From Auanema rhodensis (Eukaryota > Animalia > Nematoda), in assembly GCA_964057225.1 (NCBI GenBank), contig OZ059898.1:21328001-21392000 (forward strand): a stretch of 64,000 nt of DNA, read 5' to 3'. The notes below the pieces were generated by a model. It had not been told where the DNA came from. It did no database searches and saw only the letters and a program-made list of their open reading frames with translations. Both the position numbers and the translations under genes were made by a program. Of this stretch, positions 15,101 through 30,900 are shown piece by piece. The stretch's first letter is position 1; each line of letters starts with the position of its first letter.

Positions 15101-15270
15101 GATTCCCTATGTCCATATTAGTCTAAAAACAAATTTTTATCGATATTGGTTCATGGTAACCATGACTTTGAAATTTACGTGAACTTTAATTTATGCTAAT
15201 TAAATGTACACGTGATGTGCACTTGGTATGTAACTCGCTTCACGTGAAAGATAAAGAGATGCGGTTTTCA
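12150..15270 (+). repeat. 9-monomer (1584 bp) tandem duplication
   Basis: tttaggtga at ~13241 and ~14825, cgtaatg at ~13451 and ~15035, cgaaattagtatcctc at ~12451 and ~14035. Edges approximate. Confidence 0.85.
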
Positions 15271-18200
15271 CAATTAGATTCCCCATGTCCATATTAGTCT
15301 AAAAACAAATTTTTATTGATATTGGTGCATGGTAACCATGACTTTGAAATTTACGTGAACTTTAATTTACGCTAATTAAATGTACACGTGATGTGCACTT
15401 GGTATGTAACTCGCTTCACGTGAAAGATAAAGAGATGCGGTTTTCAAAATTAGATTCCCCATGTCCATATTAGTCTAAAAACCAATTTTTATTGATATTG
15501 GTGCATGGTAACCATGACTTTGAAATTTACGTGAACTTTAATTTATGCTAATTAAATGTACACGTGATGTGCACTTGGTATGTAACTCGCTTCACGTGAA
15601 AGATAAAGAGATGCGGTTTTCAAAATTAGATTCCTCATGACCATATTAGTCTAAAAACAAATTTTTATTGATATTGGTGCATGGTAACCATGACTTTGAA
15701 ATTTACGTGAACTTTAATTTATGCTAATTAAATGTACACGTGATGTGCACTTGGTATGTAACTCGCTTCACGTGAAAGATAAAGAGATGCGGTTTTCAAA
15801 ATTAGATTCCCCATGTCCATATTAGTCTAAAAACAAATTTTTATTGATATTGGTGCATGGTAACCATGACTTTGAAATTTACGTGTACTTTAATTTATGC
15901 TAATTAAATGTACACGTGATGTGCACTTGGTATGTAACTCGCTTCACGTGAAAGATAAAGAGATGCGGTTTCCAAAATTAGATTCCCCAAGTCCATATTA
16001 GTCTAAAAACAAATTTTTATTGATATTGGTTCATGGTAACCATGACTTTGAAATTTACGTGAACTTTAATTTATGCTAATTAAATGTACACGTGATGTGC
16101 ACTTGGTATGTAACTCGCTTCACGTGAAAGATAAAGAGATGCGGTTTTCAAAATTAGATTTCCCATGTCCATATTAGTCTAAAAACAAATTTTTATTGAT
16201 ATTGGTTCATGGTAACCATGACTTTGAAATTTACGTGAACTTTGATTTATGCTAATTAAATGTACACGTGATGTGCACTTGGTATGTAACCCGCTTCACG
16301 TGAAAGATAAAGAGATGCGGTTTTCAAAATTAGATTCCCCATGTCCATATTAGTCTAGAAACAAATTTTTATTGATATTGGTGCATGGTAACCATGACTT
16401 TGAAATTTACGTGAACTTTAATTTATGCTAATTAAATGTACACGTGATGTGCACTTGGTATGTAACTCGCTTCACGTGAAAGATAAAGAGATGCGGTTTT
16501 CAAAATTAGATTCCCTATGTCCATATTAGTCTAAAAACAAATTTTTATCGATATTGGTTCATGGTAACCATGACTTTGAAATTTACGTGAACTTTAATTT
16601 ATGCTAATTAAATGTACACGTGATGTGCACTTGGTATGTAACTCGCTTCACGTGAAAGATAAAGAGATGCGGTTTTCGAAATTAGATTCCTCATGTCCAT
16701 ATTAGTCTAAAAACAAATTTTTATTGATATTGGTTCATGGTAACCATGACTTTGAAATTTACGTGAACTTTAATTTATGCTAATTAAATGTACACGTGAT
16801 GTGCACTTGGTATGTAACTCGCTTCACGTGAAAGATAAAGAGATGCGGTTTTCAAAATTAGATTCCCCATGTCCATATTAGTCTAAAAACAAATTTTTAT
16901 TGATATTGGTGCATGGTAACCATGACTTTGAAATTTACGTGAACTTTAATTTATGCTAATTAAATGTACACGTAATGTGCACTTGGTATGTAACTCGCTT
17001 CACGTGAAAGATAAAGAGATGCGGTTTTCAAAATTAGATTCCCTATGTCCATATTAGTCTAAAAACAAATTTTTATCGATATTGGTTCATGGTAACCATG
17101 ACTTTGAAATTTACGTGAACTTTAATTTATGCTAATTAAATGTACACGTGATGTGCACTTGGTATGTAACTCGCTTCACGTGAAAGATAAAGAGATGCGG
17201 TTTTCAAAATTAGATTCCCCATGTCCATATTAGTCTAAAAACAAATTTTTATTGATATTGGTGCATGGTAACCATGACTTTGAAATTTACGTGAACTTTA
17301 ATTTATGCTAATTAAATGTACACGTGATGTGCACTTGGTATGTAACTCGCTTCACGTGAAAGATAAAGAGATGCGGTTTTCAAAATTAGATTCCCCATGT
17401 CCATATTAGTCTAAAAACAAATTTTTATCGATATTGGTTCATGGTAACCATGACTTTGAAATTTACGTGAACTTTAATTTATGCTAATTAAATGTACACG
17501 TGATGTGCACTTGGTATGTAACTCGCTTCACGTGAAAGATAAAGAGATGCGGTTTTCAAAATTAGATTCCCCATGTCCATATTAGTCTAAAAACAAATTT
17601 TTATTGATATTGGTGCATGGTAACCATGACTTTGAAATTTACGTGAACTTTAATTTATGCTAATTAAATGTACACGTGATGTGCACTTGGTATGTAACTC
17701 GCTTCACGTGAAAGATAAAGAGATGCGGTTTTCAAAATTAGATTCCTCAAGTCCATATTAGTCTAAAAACAAATTTTTATTGATATTGGTTCATGGTAAC
17801 CATGACTTTGAAATTTACGTGAACTTTAATTTATGCTAATTAAATGTACACGTGATGTGCACTTGGTATGTAACTCGCTTCACGTGAAAGATAAAAAGAT
17901 GCGGTTTTCAAAATTAGATTCCTCATGTCCATATTAGTCTAAAAACAAATTTTTATTGATATTGGTTCATGGTAACCATGACTTTGAAATTTACGTGAAC
18001 TTTGATTTATGCTAATTAAATGTACACGTGATGTGCACTTGGTATGTAACTCGCTTCACGTGAAAGATAAAAAGATGCAGTTTTCAAAATTAAATTCCCC
18101 ATGTCCATATTAGTCTAAAAACAAATTTTTATTGATATTGGTGCATGGTAACCATGACTTTGAAATTTACGTGAACTTTGATTTATGCTAATTAAATGTA

Positions 18201-21200
18201 CACGTGATGTGCACTTGGTATGTAACTCGCTTCACGTGAAAGATAAAGAGATGCGGTTTTCAAAATTAGATTCCCCATGTCCATATTAGTCTAAAAACAA
18301 ATTTTTATTGATATTGGTGCATGGTAACCATGACTTTGAAATTTACGTGAACTTTAATTTATGCTAATTAAATGTACACGTGATGTGCACTTGGTATGTA
18401 ACCCGCTTCACGTGAAAGATAAAGAGATGCGGTTTTCAAAATTAGATTCCTCATGTCCATATTAGTCTAAAAACAAATTTTAATTGATATTGGTTCATGG
18501 TAACCATGACTTTGAAATTTACGTGAACTTTGATTTATGCTAATTAAATGTACACGTGATGTGCACTTGGTATGTAACCCGCTTCACGTGAAAGATAAAG
18601 AGATGCGGTTTTCAAAATTAGATTCCCCATGTCCATATTAGTCTAAAAACAAATTTTTATTGATATTGGTTCATGGTAACCATGACTTTGAAATTTACGT
18701 GAACTTTAATTTATGCTAATTAAATGTACACGTGATGTGCACTTGGTATGTAACTCGCTTCACGTGAAAGATAAAGAGATGCGGTTTTCAAAATTAGATT
18801 CCCCATGTCCATATTAGTCTAAAAACAAATTTTTATTGATATTGGTGCATGGTAACCATGACTTTGAAATTTACGTGAACTTTAATTTATGCTAATTAAA
18901 TGTACACGTGATGTGCACTTGGTATGTAACTCGCTTCACGTGAAAGATAAAGAGATGCGGTTTTCAAAATTAGATTCCCTATGTCCATATTAGTCTAAAA
19001 ACAAATTTTTATCGATATAGGTTCATGGTAACCATGACTTTGAAATTTACGTGAACTTTAATTTATGCTAATTAAATGTACACGTGATGTGCACTTGGTA
19101 TGTAACTCGCTTCACGTGAAAGATAAAGAGATGCGGTTTTCAAAATTAGATTCCCCATGTCCATATTAGTCTAAAAACAAATTTTTATTGATATTGGTGC
19201 ATGGTAACCATGACTTTGAAATTTACGTGAACTTTAATTTATGCTAAGTAAATGTACACGTGATGTGCACTTGGTATGTAACTCGCTTCACGTGAAAGAT
19301 AAAGAGATGCGGTTTTCAAAATTAGATTCCCTATGTCCATATTAGTCTAAAAACAAATTTTTATCGATATTGGTTCATGGTAACCATGACTTTGAAATTT
19401 ACGTGAACTTTAATTTATGCTAATTAAATGTACACGTGATGTGCACTTGGTATGTAACTCGCTTCACGTGAAAGATAAAGAGATGGGGTTTTCAAAATTA
19501 GATTCCCCATGTCCATATTAGTCTAAAAACAAATTTTTATCGATATTGGTTCATGGTAACCATGACTTTGAAATTTACGTGAACTTTAATTTATGCTAAT
19601 TGAATGTACACGTGATGTGCACTTGGTATGTAACTCGCTTCACGTGAAAGATAAAGAGATGGGGTTTTCAAAATTAGATTCCCCATGTCCATATTAGTCT
19701 AAAAACAAATTTTTATCGATATTGGTTCATGGTAACCATGACTTTGAAATTTACGTGAACTTTAATTTATGCTAATTAAATGTACACGTGATGTGCACTT
19801 GGTATGTAACTCGCTTCACGTGAAAGATAAAGAGATGGGGTTTTCAAAATTAGATTCCCCATGTCCATATTAGTCTAAAAACAAATTTTTATCGATATTG
19901 GTGCATGGTAACCATGACTTTGAAATTTACGTGAACTTTAATTTATGCTAATTAAATGTACACGTGATGTGCACTTGGTATGTAACTCGCTTCACGTGAA
20001 AGATAAAGAGATGCGGTTTTCAAAATTAGATTCCCTATGTCCATATTAGTCTAAAAACAAATTTTTATCGATATTGGTTCATGGTAACCATGACTTTGAA
20101 ATTTACGTGAACTTTAATTTATGCTAATTAAATGTACACGTGATGTGCACTTGGTATGTAACTCGCTTCACGTGAAAGATAAAGAGATGCGGTTTTCGAA
20201 ATTAGATTCCTCATGTCCATATTAGTCTAAAAACAAATTTTTATTGATATTGGTTAATGGTAACCATGACTTTGAAATTTACGTGAACTTTAATTTATGC
20301 TAATTAAATGTACACGTGATGTGCACTTGGTATGTAACTCGCTTCACGTGAAAGATAAAGAGATGCGGTTTTCAAAATTAGATTCCCCATGTCCATATTA
20401 GTCTAAAAACAAATTTTTATTGATATTGGTGCATGGTAACCATGACTTTGAAATTTACGTGAACTTTAATTTATGCTAATTAAATGTACACGTAATGTGC
20501 ACTTGGTATGTAACTCGCTTCACGTGAAAGATAAAAAGATGCGGTTTTCAAAATTAGATTCCTCATGTCCATATTAGTCTAAAAACAAATTTTTATTGAT
20601 ATTGGTTCATGGTAACCATGACTTTGAAATTTACGTGAACTTTGATTTATGTTAATTAAATGTACACGTGATGTGCACTTGGTATGTAACTCGCTTCACG
20701 TGAAAGATAAAAAGATGCGGTTTTCAAAATTAAATTCCCCATGTCCATATTAGTCTAAAAACAAATTTTTATTGATATTGGTGCATGGTAACCATGACTT
20801 TGAAATTTACGTGAACTTTGATTTATGCTAATTAAATGTACACGTGATGTGCACTTGGTATGTAACTCGCTTCACGTGAAAGATAAAGAGATGCGGTTTT
20901 CAAAATTAGATTCCCCATGTCCATATTAGTCTAAAAACAAATTTTTATTGATATTGGTGCATGGTAACCATGACTTTGAAATTTACGTGAACTTTAATTT
21001 ATGCTAATTAAATGTACACGTGATGTGCACTTGGTATGTAACCCGCTTCACGTGAAAGATAAAGAGATGCGGTTTTCAAAATTAGATTCCTCATGTCCAT
21101 ATTAGTCTAAAAACAAATTTTAATTGATATTGGTTCATGGTAACCATGACTTTGAAATTTACGTGAACTTTAATTTATGCTAATTAAATGTACACGTGAT

Positions 21201-24200
21201 GTGCACTTGGTATGTAACTCGCTTCACTTGAAAGATAAAGAGATGCGGTTTTCAAAATTAGATTTCCCATGTCCATATTAGTCTAAAAACAAATTTTTAT
21301 TGATATTGGTTCATGGTAACCATGACTTTGAAATTTACGTGAACTTTGATTTATGCTAATTAAATGTACACGTGATGTGCACTTGGTATGTAACCCGCTT
21401 CACGTGAAAGATAAAGAGATGCGGTTTTCAAAATTAGATTCCCCATGTCCATATTAGTCTAAAAACAAATTTTTATTGATATTGGTGCATGGTAACCATG
21501 ACTTTGAAATTTACGTGAACTTTAATTTATGCTAATTAAATGTACACGTGATGTGCACTTGGTATGTAACTCGCTTCACGTGAAAGATAAAGAGATGCGG
21601 TTTTCGAAATTAGATTCCTCATGTCCATATTAGTCTAAAAACAAATTTTTATTGATATTGGTTCATGGTAACCATGACTTTGAAATTTACGTGAACTTTA
21701 ATTTATGCTAATTAAATGTACACGTGATGTGCACTTGGTATGTAACTCGCTTCACGTGAAAGATAAAGAGATGCGGTTTTCAAAATTAGATTCCCCATGT
21801 CCATATTAGTCTAAAAACAAATTTTTATTGATATTGGTGCATGGTAACCATGACTTTGAAATTTACGTGAACTTTAATTTATGCTAATTAAATGTACACG
21901 TGATGTGCACTTGGTATGTAACTCGCTTCACGTGAAAGATAAAGAGATGCGGTTTTCAAAATTAGATTCCCTATGTCCATATTAGTCTAAAAACAAATTT
22001 TTATCGATATAGGTTCATGGTAACCATGACTTTGAAATTTACGTGAACTTTAATTTATGCTAATTAAATGTACACGTGATGTGCACTTGGTTTGTAACTC
22101 GCTTCACGTGAAAGATAAAGAGATGCGGTTTTCAAAATTAGATTCCCCATGTCCATATTAGTCTAAAAACAAATTTTTATTGATATTGGTGCATGGTAAC
22201 CATGACTTTGAAATTTACGTGAACTTTAATTTATGCTAATTAAATGTACACGTGATGTGCACTTGGTATGTAACTCGCTTCACGTGAAAGATAAAGAGAT
22301 GCGGTTTTCAAAATTAGATTCCCTATGTCCATATTAGTCTAAAAACAAATTTTTATCGATATTGGTTCATGGTAACCATGACTTTGAAATTTACGTGAAC
22401 TTTAATTTATGCTAATTAAATGTACACGTGATGTGCACTTGGTATGTAACTCGCTTCACGTGAAAGATAAAGAGATGGGGTTTTCAAAATTAGATTCCCC
22501 ATGTCCATATTAGTCTAAAAACAAATTTTTATCGATATTGGTTCATGGTAACCATGACTTTGAAATTTACGTGAACTTTAATTTATGCTAATTGAATGTA
22601 CACGTGATGTGCACTTGGTATGTAACTCGCTTCACGTGAAAGATAAAGAGATGGGGTTTTCAAAATTAGATTCCCCATGTCCATATTAGTCTAAAAACAA
22701 ATTTTTATCGATATTGGTTCATGGTAACCATGACTTTGAAATTTACGTGAACTTTAATTTATGCTAATTAAATGTACACGTGATGTGCACTTGGTATGTA
22801 ACTCGCTTCACGTGAAAGATAAAGAGATGAGGTTTTCAAAATTAGATTCCCCATGTCCATATTAGTCTAAAAACAAATTTTTATCGATATTGGTGCATGG
22901 TAACCATGACTTTGAAATTTACGTGAACTTTAATTTATGCTAATTAAATGTACACGTGATGTGCACTTGGTATGTAACTCGCTTCACGTGAAAGATAAAG
23001 AGATGCGGTTTTCAAAATTAGATTCCCTATGTCCATATTAGTCTAAAAACAAATTTTTATCGATATTGGTTCATGGTAACCATGACTTTGAAATTTACGT
23101 GAACTTTAATTTATGCTAATTAAATGTACACGTGATGTGCACTTGGTATGTAACTCGCTTCACGTGAAAGATAAAGAGATGCGGTTTTCGAAATTAGATT
23201 CCTCATGTCCATATTAGTCTAAAAACAAATTTTTATTGATATTGGTTCATGGTAACCATGACTTTGAAATTTACGTGAACTTTAATTTATGCTAATTAAA
23301 TGTACACGTGATGTGCACTTGGTATGTAACTCGCTTCACGTGAAAGATAAAGAGATGCGGTTTTCAAAATTAGATTCCCCATGTCCATATTAGTCTAAAA
23401 ACAAATTTTTATTGATATTGGTGCATGGTAACCATGACTTTGAAATTTACGTGAACTTTAATTTATGCTAATTAAATGTACACGTAATGTGCACTTGGTA
23501 TGTAACTCGCTTCACGTGAAAGATAAAGAGATGCGGTTTTCAAAATTAGATTCCCTATGTCCATATTAGTCTAAAAACAAATTTTTATCGATATTGGTTC
23601 ATGGTAACCATGACTTTGAAATTTACGTGAACTTTAATTTATGCTAATTAAATGTACACGTGATGTGCACTTGGTATGTAACTCGCTTCACGTGAAAGAT
23701 AAAGAGATGCGGTTTTCAAAATTAGATTCCCCATGTCCATATTAGTCTAAAAACAAATTTTTATTGATATTGGTGCATGGTAACCATGACTTTGAAATTT
23801 ACGTGAACTTTAATTTATGCTAATTAAATGTACACGTGATGTGCACTTGGTATGTAACTCGCTTCACGTGAAAGATAAAGAGATGCGGTTTTCAAAATTA
23901 GATTCCCCATGTCCATATTAGTCTAAAAACAAATTTTTATTGATATTGGTGCATGGTAACCATGACTTTGAAATTTACGTGAACTTTGATTTATGCTAAT
24001 TAAATGTACACGTGATGTGCACTTGGTATGTAACTCGCTTCACGTGAAAGATAAAAAGATGCGGTTTTCAAAATTAGATTCCCCATGTCCATATTAGTCT
24101 AAACACAAATTTTTATTGATATTGGTGCATGGTAACCATGACTTTGAAATTTACGTGAACTTTAATTTATGCTAATTAAATGTACACGTGATGTGCACTT

Positions 24201-27200
24201 GGTATGTAACCCGCTTCACGTGAAAGATAAAGAGATGCGGTTTTCAAAATTAGATTCCTCATGTCCATATTAGTCTAAAAACAAATTTTAATTGATATTG
24301 GTGCATGGTAACCATGACTTTGAAATTTACGTGAAATTTAATTTATGCTAATTAAATGTACACGTGATGTGCACTTGGTATGTAACTCGCTTCACGTGAA
24401 AGATAAAGAGATGCGGTTTTCAAAATTAGATTCCCCATGTCCATATTAGTATAAAAAGGAATTTTCATTGATATTGGTGCATGGTAACCATGACTTTGAA
24501 ATTTACGTGAACTTTGATTTATGCTAATTAAATATACACGTGATGTGCACTTGGTATGTAACTCGCTTCACGTGAAAGATAAAGAGATGCGGTTTTCAAA
24601 ATTAGATTCCCCATGTCCATATTAGTCTAAAAACAAATTTTTATTGATATTGGTGCATGGTAACCATGACTTTGAAATTTACGTGAACTTTAATTTATGC
24701 TAATTAAATGTACACGTGATGTGCACTTGGTATGTAACCCGCTTCACGTGAAAGATAAAGAGATGCGGTTTTCAAAATTAGATTCCTCATGTCCATATTA
24801 GTCTAAAAACAAATTTTAATTGATATTGGTTCATGGTAACCATGACTTTGAAATTTACGTGAACTTTAATTTATGCTAATTAAATGTACACGTGATGTGC
24901 ACTTGGTATGTAACTCGCTTCACTTGAAAGATAAAGAGATGCGGTTTTCAAAATTAGATTCCCCATGTCCATATTAGTATAAAAACGAATTTTCATTGAT
25001 ATTGGTGCATGGTAACCATGACTTTGAAATTTACGTGAACTTTGATTTATGCTAATTAAATATACACGTGATGTGCACTTGGTATGTAACTCGCTTCACG
25101 TGAAAGATAAAGAGATGCGGTTTTCAAAATTAGATTCCCCATGTCCATATTAGTCTAAAAACAAATTTTTATTGATATTGGTGCATGGTAACCATGACTT
25201 TGAAATTTACGTGAACTTTAATTTATGCTAATTAAATGTACACGTGATGTGCACTTGGTATGTAACCCGCTTCACGTGAAAGATAAAGAGATGCGGTTTT
25301 CAAAATTAGATTCCTCATGTCCATATTAGTCTAAAAACAAATTTTAATTGATATTGGTTCATGGTAACCATGACTTTGAAATTTACGTGAACTTTAATTT
25401 ATGCTAATTAAATGTACACGTGATGTGCACTTGGTATGTAACTCGCTTCACTTGAAAGATAAAGAGATGCGGTTTTCAAAATTAGATTCCCCATGTCCAT
25501 ATTAGTCTAAAAACAAATTTTAATTGATATTGGTGCATGGTAACCATGACTTTGAAATTTACGTGAAATTTAATTTATGCTAATTAAATGTACACGTGAT
25601 GTGCACTTGGTATGTAACTCGCTTCACGTGAAAGATAAAGAGATGCGGTTTTCAAAATTAGATTCCCCATGTCCATATTAGTCTAAAAACAAATTTTTAT
25701 CGATATTGGTTCATGGTAACCATGACTTTGAAATTTACGTGAACTTTAATTTATGCTAATTAAATGTACACGTGATGTGCACTTGGTATGTAAATCGCTT
25801 CACGTGAAAGATAAAGAGATGCGGTTTTCAAAATTAGATTCCCCATGTCCATATTAGTCTAAAAACAAATTTTTATTGATATTGGTTCATGGTAACCATG
25901 ACTTTGAAATTTACGTGAACTTTGATTTATGCTAATTAAATGTACACGTGATGTGCACTTGGTATGTAACTCGCTTCACGTGAAAGATAAAGAGATGCGG
26001 TTTTCAAAATTAGATTTCCCATGTCCATATTAGTCTAAAATCAAATTTTTATTGATATTGGTTCATGGTAACCATGAATTTGAAATTTACGTGAACTTTA
26101 ATTTATGCTAATTAAATGTACACGTGATGTGCACTTGGTATGTAACTCGCTTCACGTGGAAGATAAAGAGATGCGGTTTTCAAAATTAGATTCCTCATGT
26201 CCATATTAGTCTAAAAACAAATTTTTATTGATATTGGTGCATGGTAACCATGACTTTGAAATTTACGTGAACTTTAATTTATGCTAATTAAATGTACACG
26301 TGATGTGCACTTGGTATGTAACTCGCTTCACGTGAAAGATAAAGAGATGCGGTTTTCAAAATTAGATTCCCCATGTCCATATTAGTCTAAAAACAAATTT
26401 TTATTGATATTGGTTCATGGTAACCATGACTTTGAAATTTACGTGAACTTTAATTTATGCTAATTAAATGTACACGTGATGTGCACTTGGTATTTAACTC
26501 GCTTCACGTGAAAGATAAAGAGATGCGGTTTTCAAAATTAGATTCCCCATGTCCATATTAGTCTAAAAACAAATTTTTATTGATATTGGTGCATGGTAAC
26601 CATGACTTTGAAATTTACGTGAACTTTAATTTATGCTAATTAAATGTACACGTGATGTGCACTTGGTATGTAACTCGCTTCACGTGAAAGATAAAGAGAT
26701 GCGGTTTTCAAAATTAGATTCCCCATGTCCATATTAGTCTAAAAACAAATTATTATCGATATTGGTTCATGGTAACCATGACTTTGAAATTTACGTGAAC
26801 TTTAATTTATGCTAATTAAATGTACACGTGATGTGCACTTGGTATGTAACTCGCTTCACGTGAAAGATAAAGAGATGCGGTTTTCACAATTAGATTCCCC
26901 ATGTCCATATTAGTCTAAAATCAAATTTTTATTGATATTGGTTCATGGTAACCATGACTTTGAAATTTACGTGAACTTTAATTCATGCTAATTAAATGTA
27001 CACGTGATGTGCACTTGGTATGTAACTCGCTTCACGTGGAAGATAAAGAGATGCGGTTTTCAAAATTAGATTCCTCATGTCCATATTAGTCTAAAAACAA
27101 ATTTTTATTGATATTGGTGCATGGTAACCATGACTTTGAAATTTACGTGAACTTTAATTTATGCTAATTAAATGTACACGTGATGTGCACTTGGTATGTA

Positions 27201-27959
27201 ACTCGCTTCACGTGAAAGATAAAGAGATGCGGTTTTCAAAATTAGATTCCCCATGTCCATATTAGTCTAAAAACAAATTATTATCGATATTGGTTCATGG
27301 TAACCATGACTTTGAAATTTACGTGAACTTTAATTTATGCTAATTAAATGTACACGTGATGTGCACTTGGTATGTAACTCGCTTCACGTGAAAGATAAAG
27401 AGATGCGGTTTTCACAATTAGATTCCCCATGTCCATATTAGTCTAAAATCAAATTTTTATTGATATTGGTTCATGGTAACCATGACTTTGAAATTTACGT
27501 GAACTTTAATTCATGCTAATTAAATGTACACGTGATGTGCACTTGGTATGTAACTCGCTTCACGTGGAAGATAAAGAGATGCGGTTTTCAAAATTAGATT
27601 CCTCATGTCCATATTAGTCTAAAAACAAATTTTTATTGATATTGGTGCATGGTAACCATGACTTTGAAATTTACGTGAACTTTAATTTATGCTAATTAAA
27701 TGTACACGTGATGTGCACTTGGTATGTAACTCGCTTCACGTGAAAGATAAAGAGATGCAGTTTTCAAAATTAGATTCCTCATGTCCATATTAGTCTAAAA
27801 ACAAATTTTTATTGATATTGGTTCATGGTAACCATGACTTTGAAATTTACGTGAACTTTAATTTATGCTAATTAAATGTACACGTGATGTGCACTTGGTA
27901 TGTAACTCGCTTCACGTGAAAGATAAAGAGATGCGGTTTTCAAAATTAGATTCCCCATG

Positions 27960-30900
27960 TCCATATTAGTCTAAAAACAAATTTTTATTGATATTGGTGC
28001 ATGGTAACCATGACTTTGAAATTTACGTGAACTTTAATTTATGCTAATTAAATGTACACGTGATGTGCACTTGGTATGTAACTCGCTTCACGTGAAAGAT
28101 AAAGAGATGCGGTTTTCAAAATTAGATTCCCCATGTCCATATTAGTCTAAAAACAAATTATTATCGATATTGGTTCATGGTAACCATGACTTTGAAATTT
28201 ACGTGAACTTTAATTTATGCTAATTAAATGTACACGTGATGTGCACTTGGTATGTAACTCGCTTCACGTGAAAGATAAAGAGATGAGGTTTTCAAAATTA
28301 GATTCCTCATGTCCATATTAGTCTAAAAACAAATTTTTATTGATATTGGTTCATGGTAACCATGACTTTGAAATTTACGTGAACTTTAATTTATGCTAAT
28401 TAAATGTACACGTGATGTGAACTTGGTATGTAACCCGCTTCACGTGAAAGATAAAGAGATGCGGTTTTCAAAATTAGATTCCCCATGTCCATGTTAGTCT
28501 AAAAACAAATTTTTATTGATATTGGTGCATGGTAACCATGACTTTGAAATTTACGTGAACTTTAATTTATGCTAATTAAATGTACACGTGATGTGCACTT
28601 GGTATGTAACTCGCTTCACGTGAAAGATAAAGAGATGCGGTTTTCAAAATTAGATTCCCCAAGTCCATATTAGTCTAATAACAAATTTTTATTGATATTG
28701 GTTCATGATAACCATGACTTTGAAATTTACGTGAACTTTAATTTATGCTAATTAAATGTACACGTGATGTGCACTTGGTATGTAACTCGCTTCACGTGAA
28801 AGATAAAGAGATGCGGTTTTCAAAATTAGATTCCCCATGTCCATATTAGTCTAAAAACAAATTATTATCGATATTGGTTCATGGTAACCATGACTTTGAA
28901 ATTTACGTGAACTTTAATTTATGCTAATTAAATGTACACGTGATGTGCACTTGGTATGTAACTCGCTTCACGTGAAAGATAAAGAGATGCGGTTTTCACA
29001 ATTAGATTCCCCATGTCCATATTAGTCTAAAATCAAATTTTTATTGATATTGGTTCATGGTAACCATGACTTTGAAATTTACGTGAACTTTAATTCATGC
29101 TAATTAAATGTACACGTGATGTGCACTTGGTATGTAACTCGCTTCACGTGGAAGATAAAGAGATGCGGTTTTCAAAATTAGATTCCTCATGTCCATATTA
29201 GTCTAAAAACAAATTTTTATTGATATTGGTGCATGGTAACCATGACTTTGAAATTTACGTGAACTTTAATTTATGCTAATTAAATGTACACGTGATGTGC
29301 ACTTGGTATGTAACTCGCTTCACGTGAAAGATAAAGAGATGCAGTTTTCAAAATTAGATTCCTCATGTCCATATTAGTCTAAAAACAAATTTTTATTGAT
29401 ATTGGTTCATGGTAACCATGACTTTGAAATTTACGTGAACTTTAATTTATGCTAATTAAATGTACACGTGATGTGCACTTGGTATGTAACTCGCTTCACG
29501 TGAAAGATAAAGAGATGCGGTTTTCAAAATTAGATTCTTCATGTCCATATTAGTCTAAAAACAAATTTTTATTGATATTGGTGCATGGTAACCATGACTT
29601 TGAAATTTACGTGAACTTTAATTTATGCTAATTAAATGTACACGTGATGTGCACTTGGTATGTAACTCGCTTCACGTGAAAGATAAAGAGATGCGGTTTT
29701 CAAAATTAGATTCCCCATGTTCATATTAGTCTAAAAACAAATTATTATCGATATTGGTTCATGGTAACCATGACTTTGAAATTTACGTGAACTTTAATTT
29801 ATGCTAATTAAATGTACACGTGATGTGCACTTGGTATGTAACTCGCTTCACGTGAAAGATAAAGAGATGAGGTTTTCAAAATTAGATTCCTCATGTCCAT
29901 ATTAGTCTAAAAACAAATTTTTATTGATATTGGTTCATGGTAACCATGACTTTGAAATTTACGTGAACTTTAATTTATGCTAATTAAATGTACACGTGAT
30001 GTGAACTTGGTATGTAACCCGCTTCACGTGAAAGATAAAGAGATGCGGTTTTCAAAATTAGATTCCCCATGTCCATGTTAGTCTAAAAACAAATTTTTAT
30101 TGATATTGGTGCATGGTAACCATGACTTTGAAATTTACGTGAACTTTAATTTATGCTAATTAAATGTACACGTGATGTGCACTTGGTATGTAACTCGCTT
30201 CACGTGAAAGATAAAGAGATGCGGTTTTCAAAATTAGATTCCCCAAGTCCATATTAGTCTAAAAACAAATTTTTATTGATATTGGTTCATGATAACCATG
30301 ACTTTGAAATTTACGTGAACTTTAATTTATGCTAATTAAATGTACACGTGATGTGCACTTGGTATGTAACTCGCTTCACGTGAAAGATAAAGAGATGCGG
30401 GTTTCAAAATTAGATTCCCCATGTCCATATTAGTCTAAAAACAAATTTTTATTGATATTGGTTCATGGTAACCATGACTTTGAAATTTACGTGAACTTTA
30501 ATTTATGCTAATTAAATGTACACGTGATGTGCACTTGGTATGTAACTCGCTTCACGTGAAAGATAAAGAGATGCGGTTTTCAAAATTAGATTCCCCATGT
30601 CCATATTAGTCTAAAAACAAATTATTATCGATATTGGTTCATGGTAACCATGACTTTGAAATTTACGTGAACTTTAATTTATGCTAATTAAATGTACACG
30701 TGATGTGCACTTGGTATGTAACTCGCTTCACGTGAAAGATAAAGAGATGAGGTTTTCAAAATTAGATTCCTCATGTCCATATTAGTCTAAAAACAAATTT
30801 TTATTGATATTGGTTCATGGTAACCATGACTTTGAAATTTACGTGAACTTTAATTTATGCTAATTAAATGTACACGTGATGTGAACTTGGTATGTAACCC

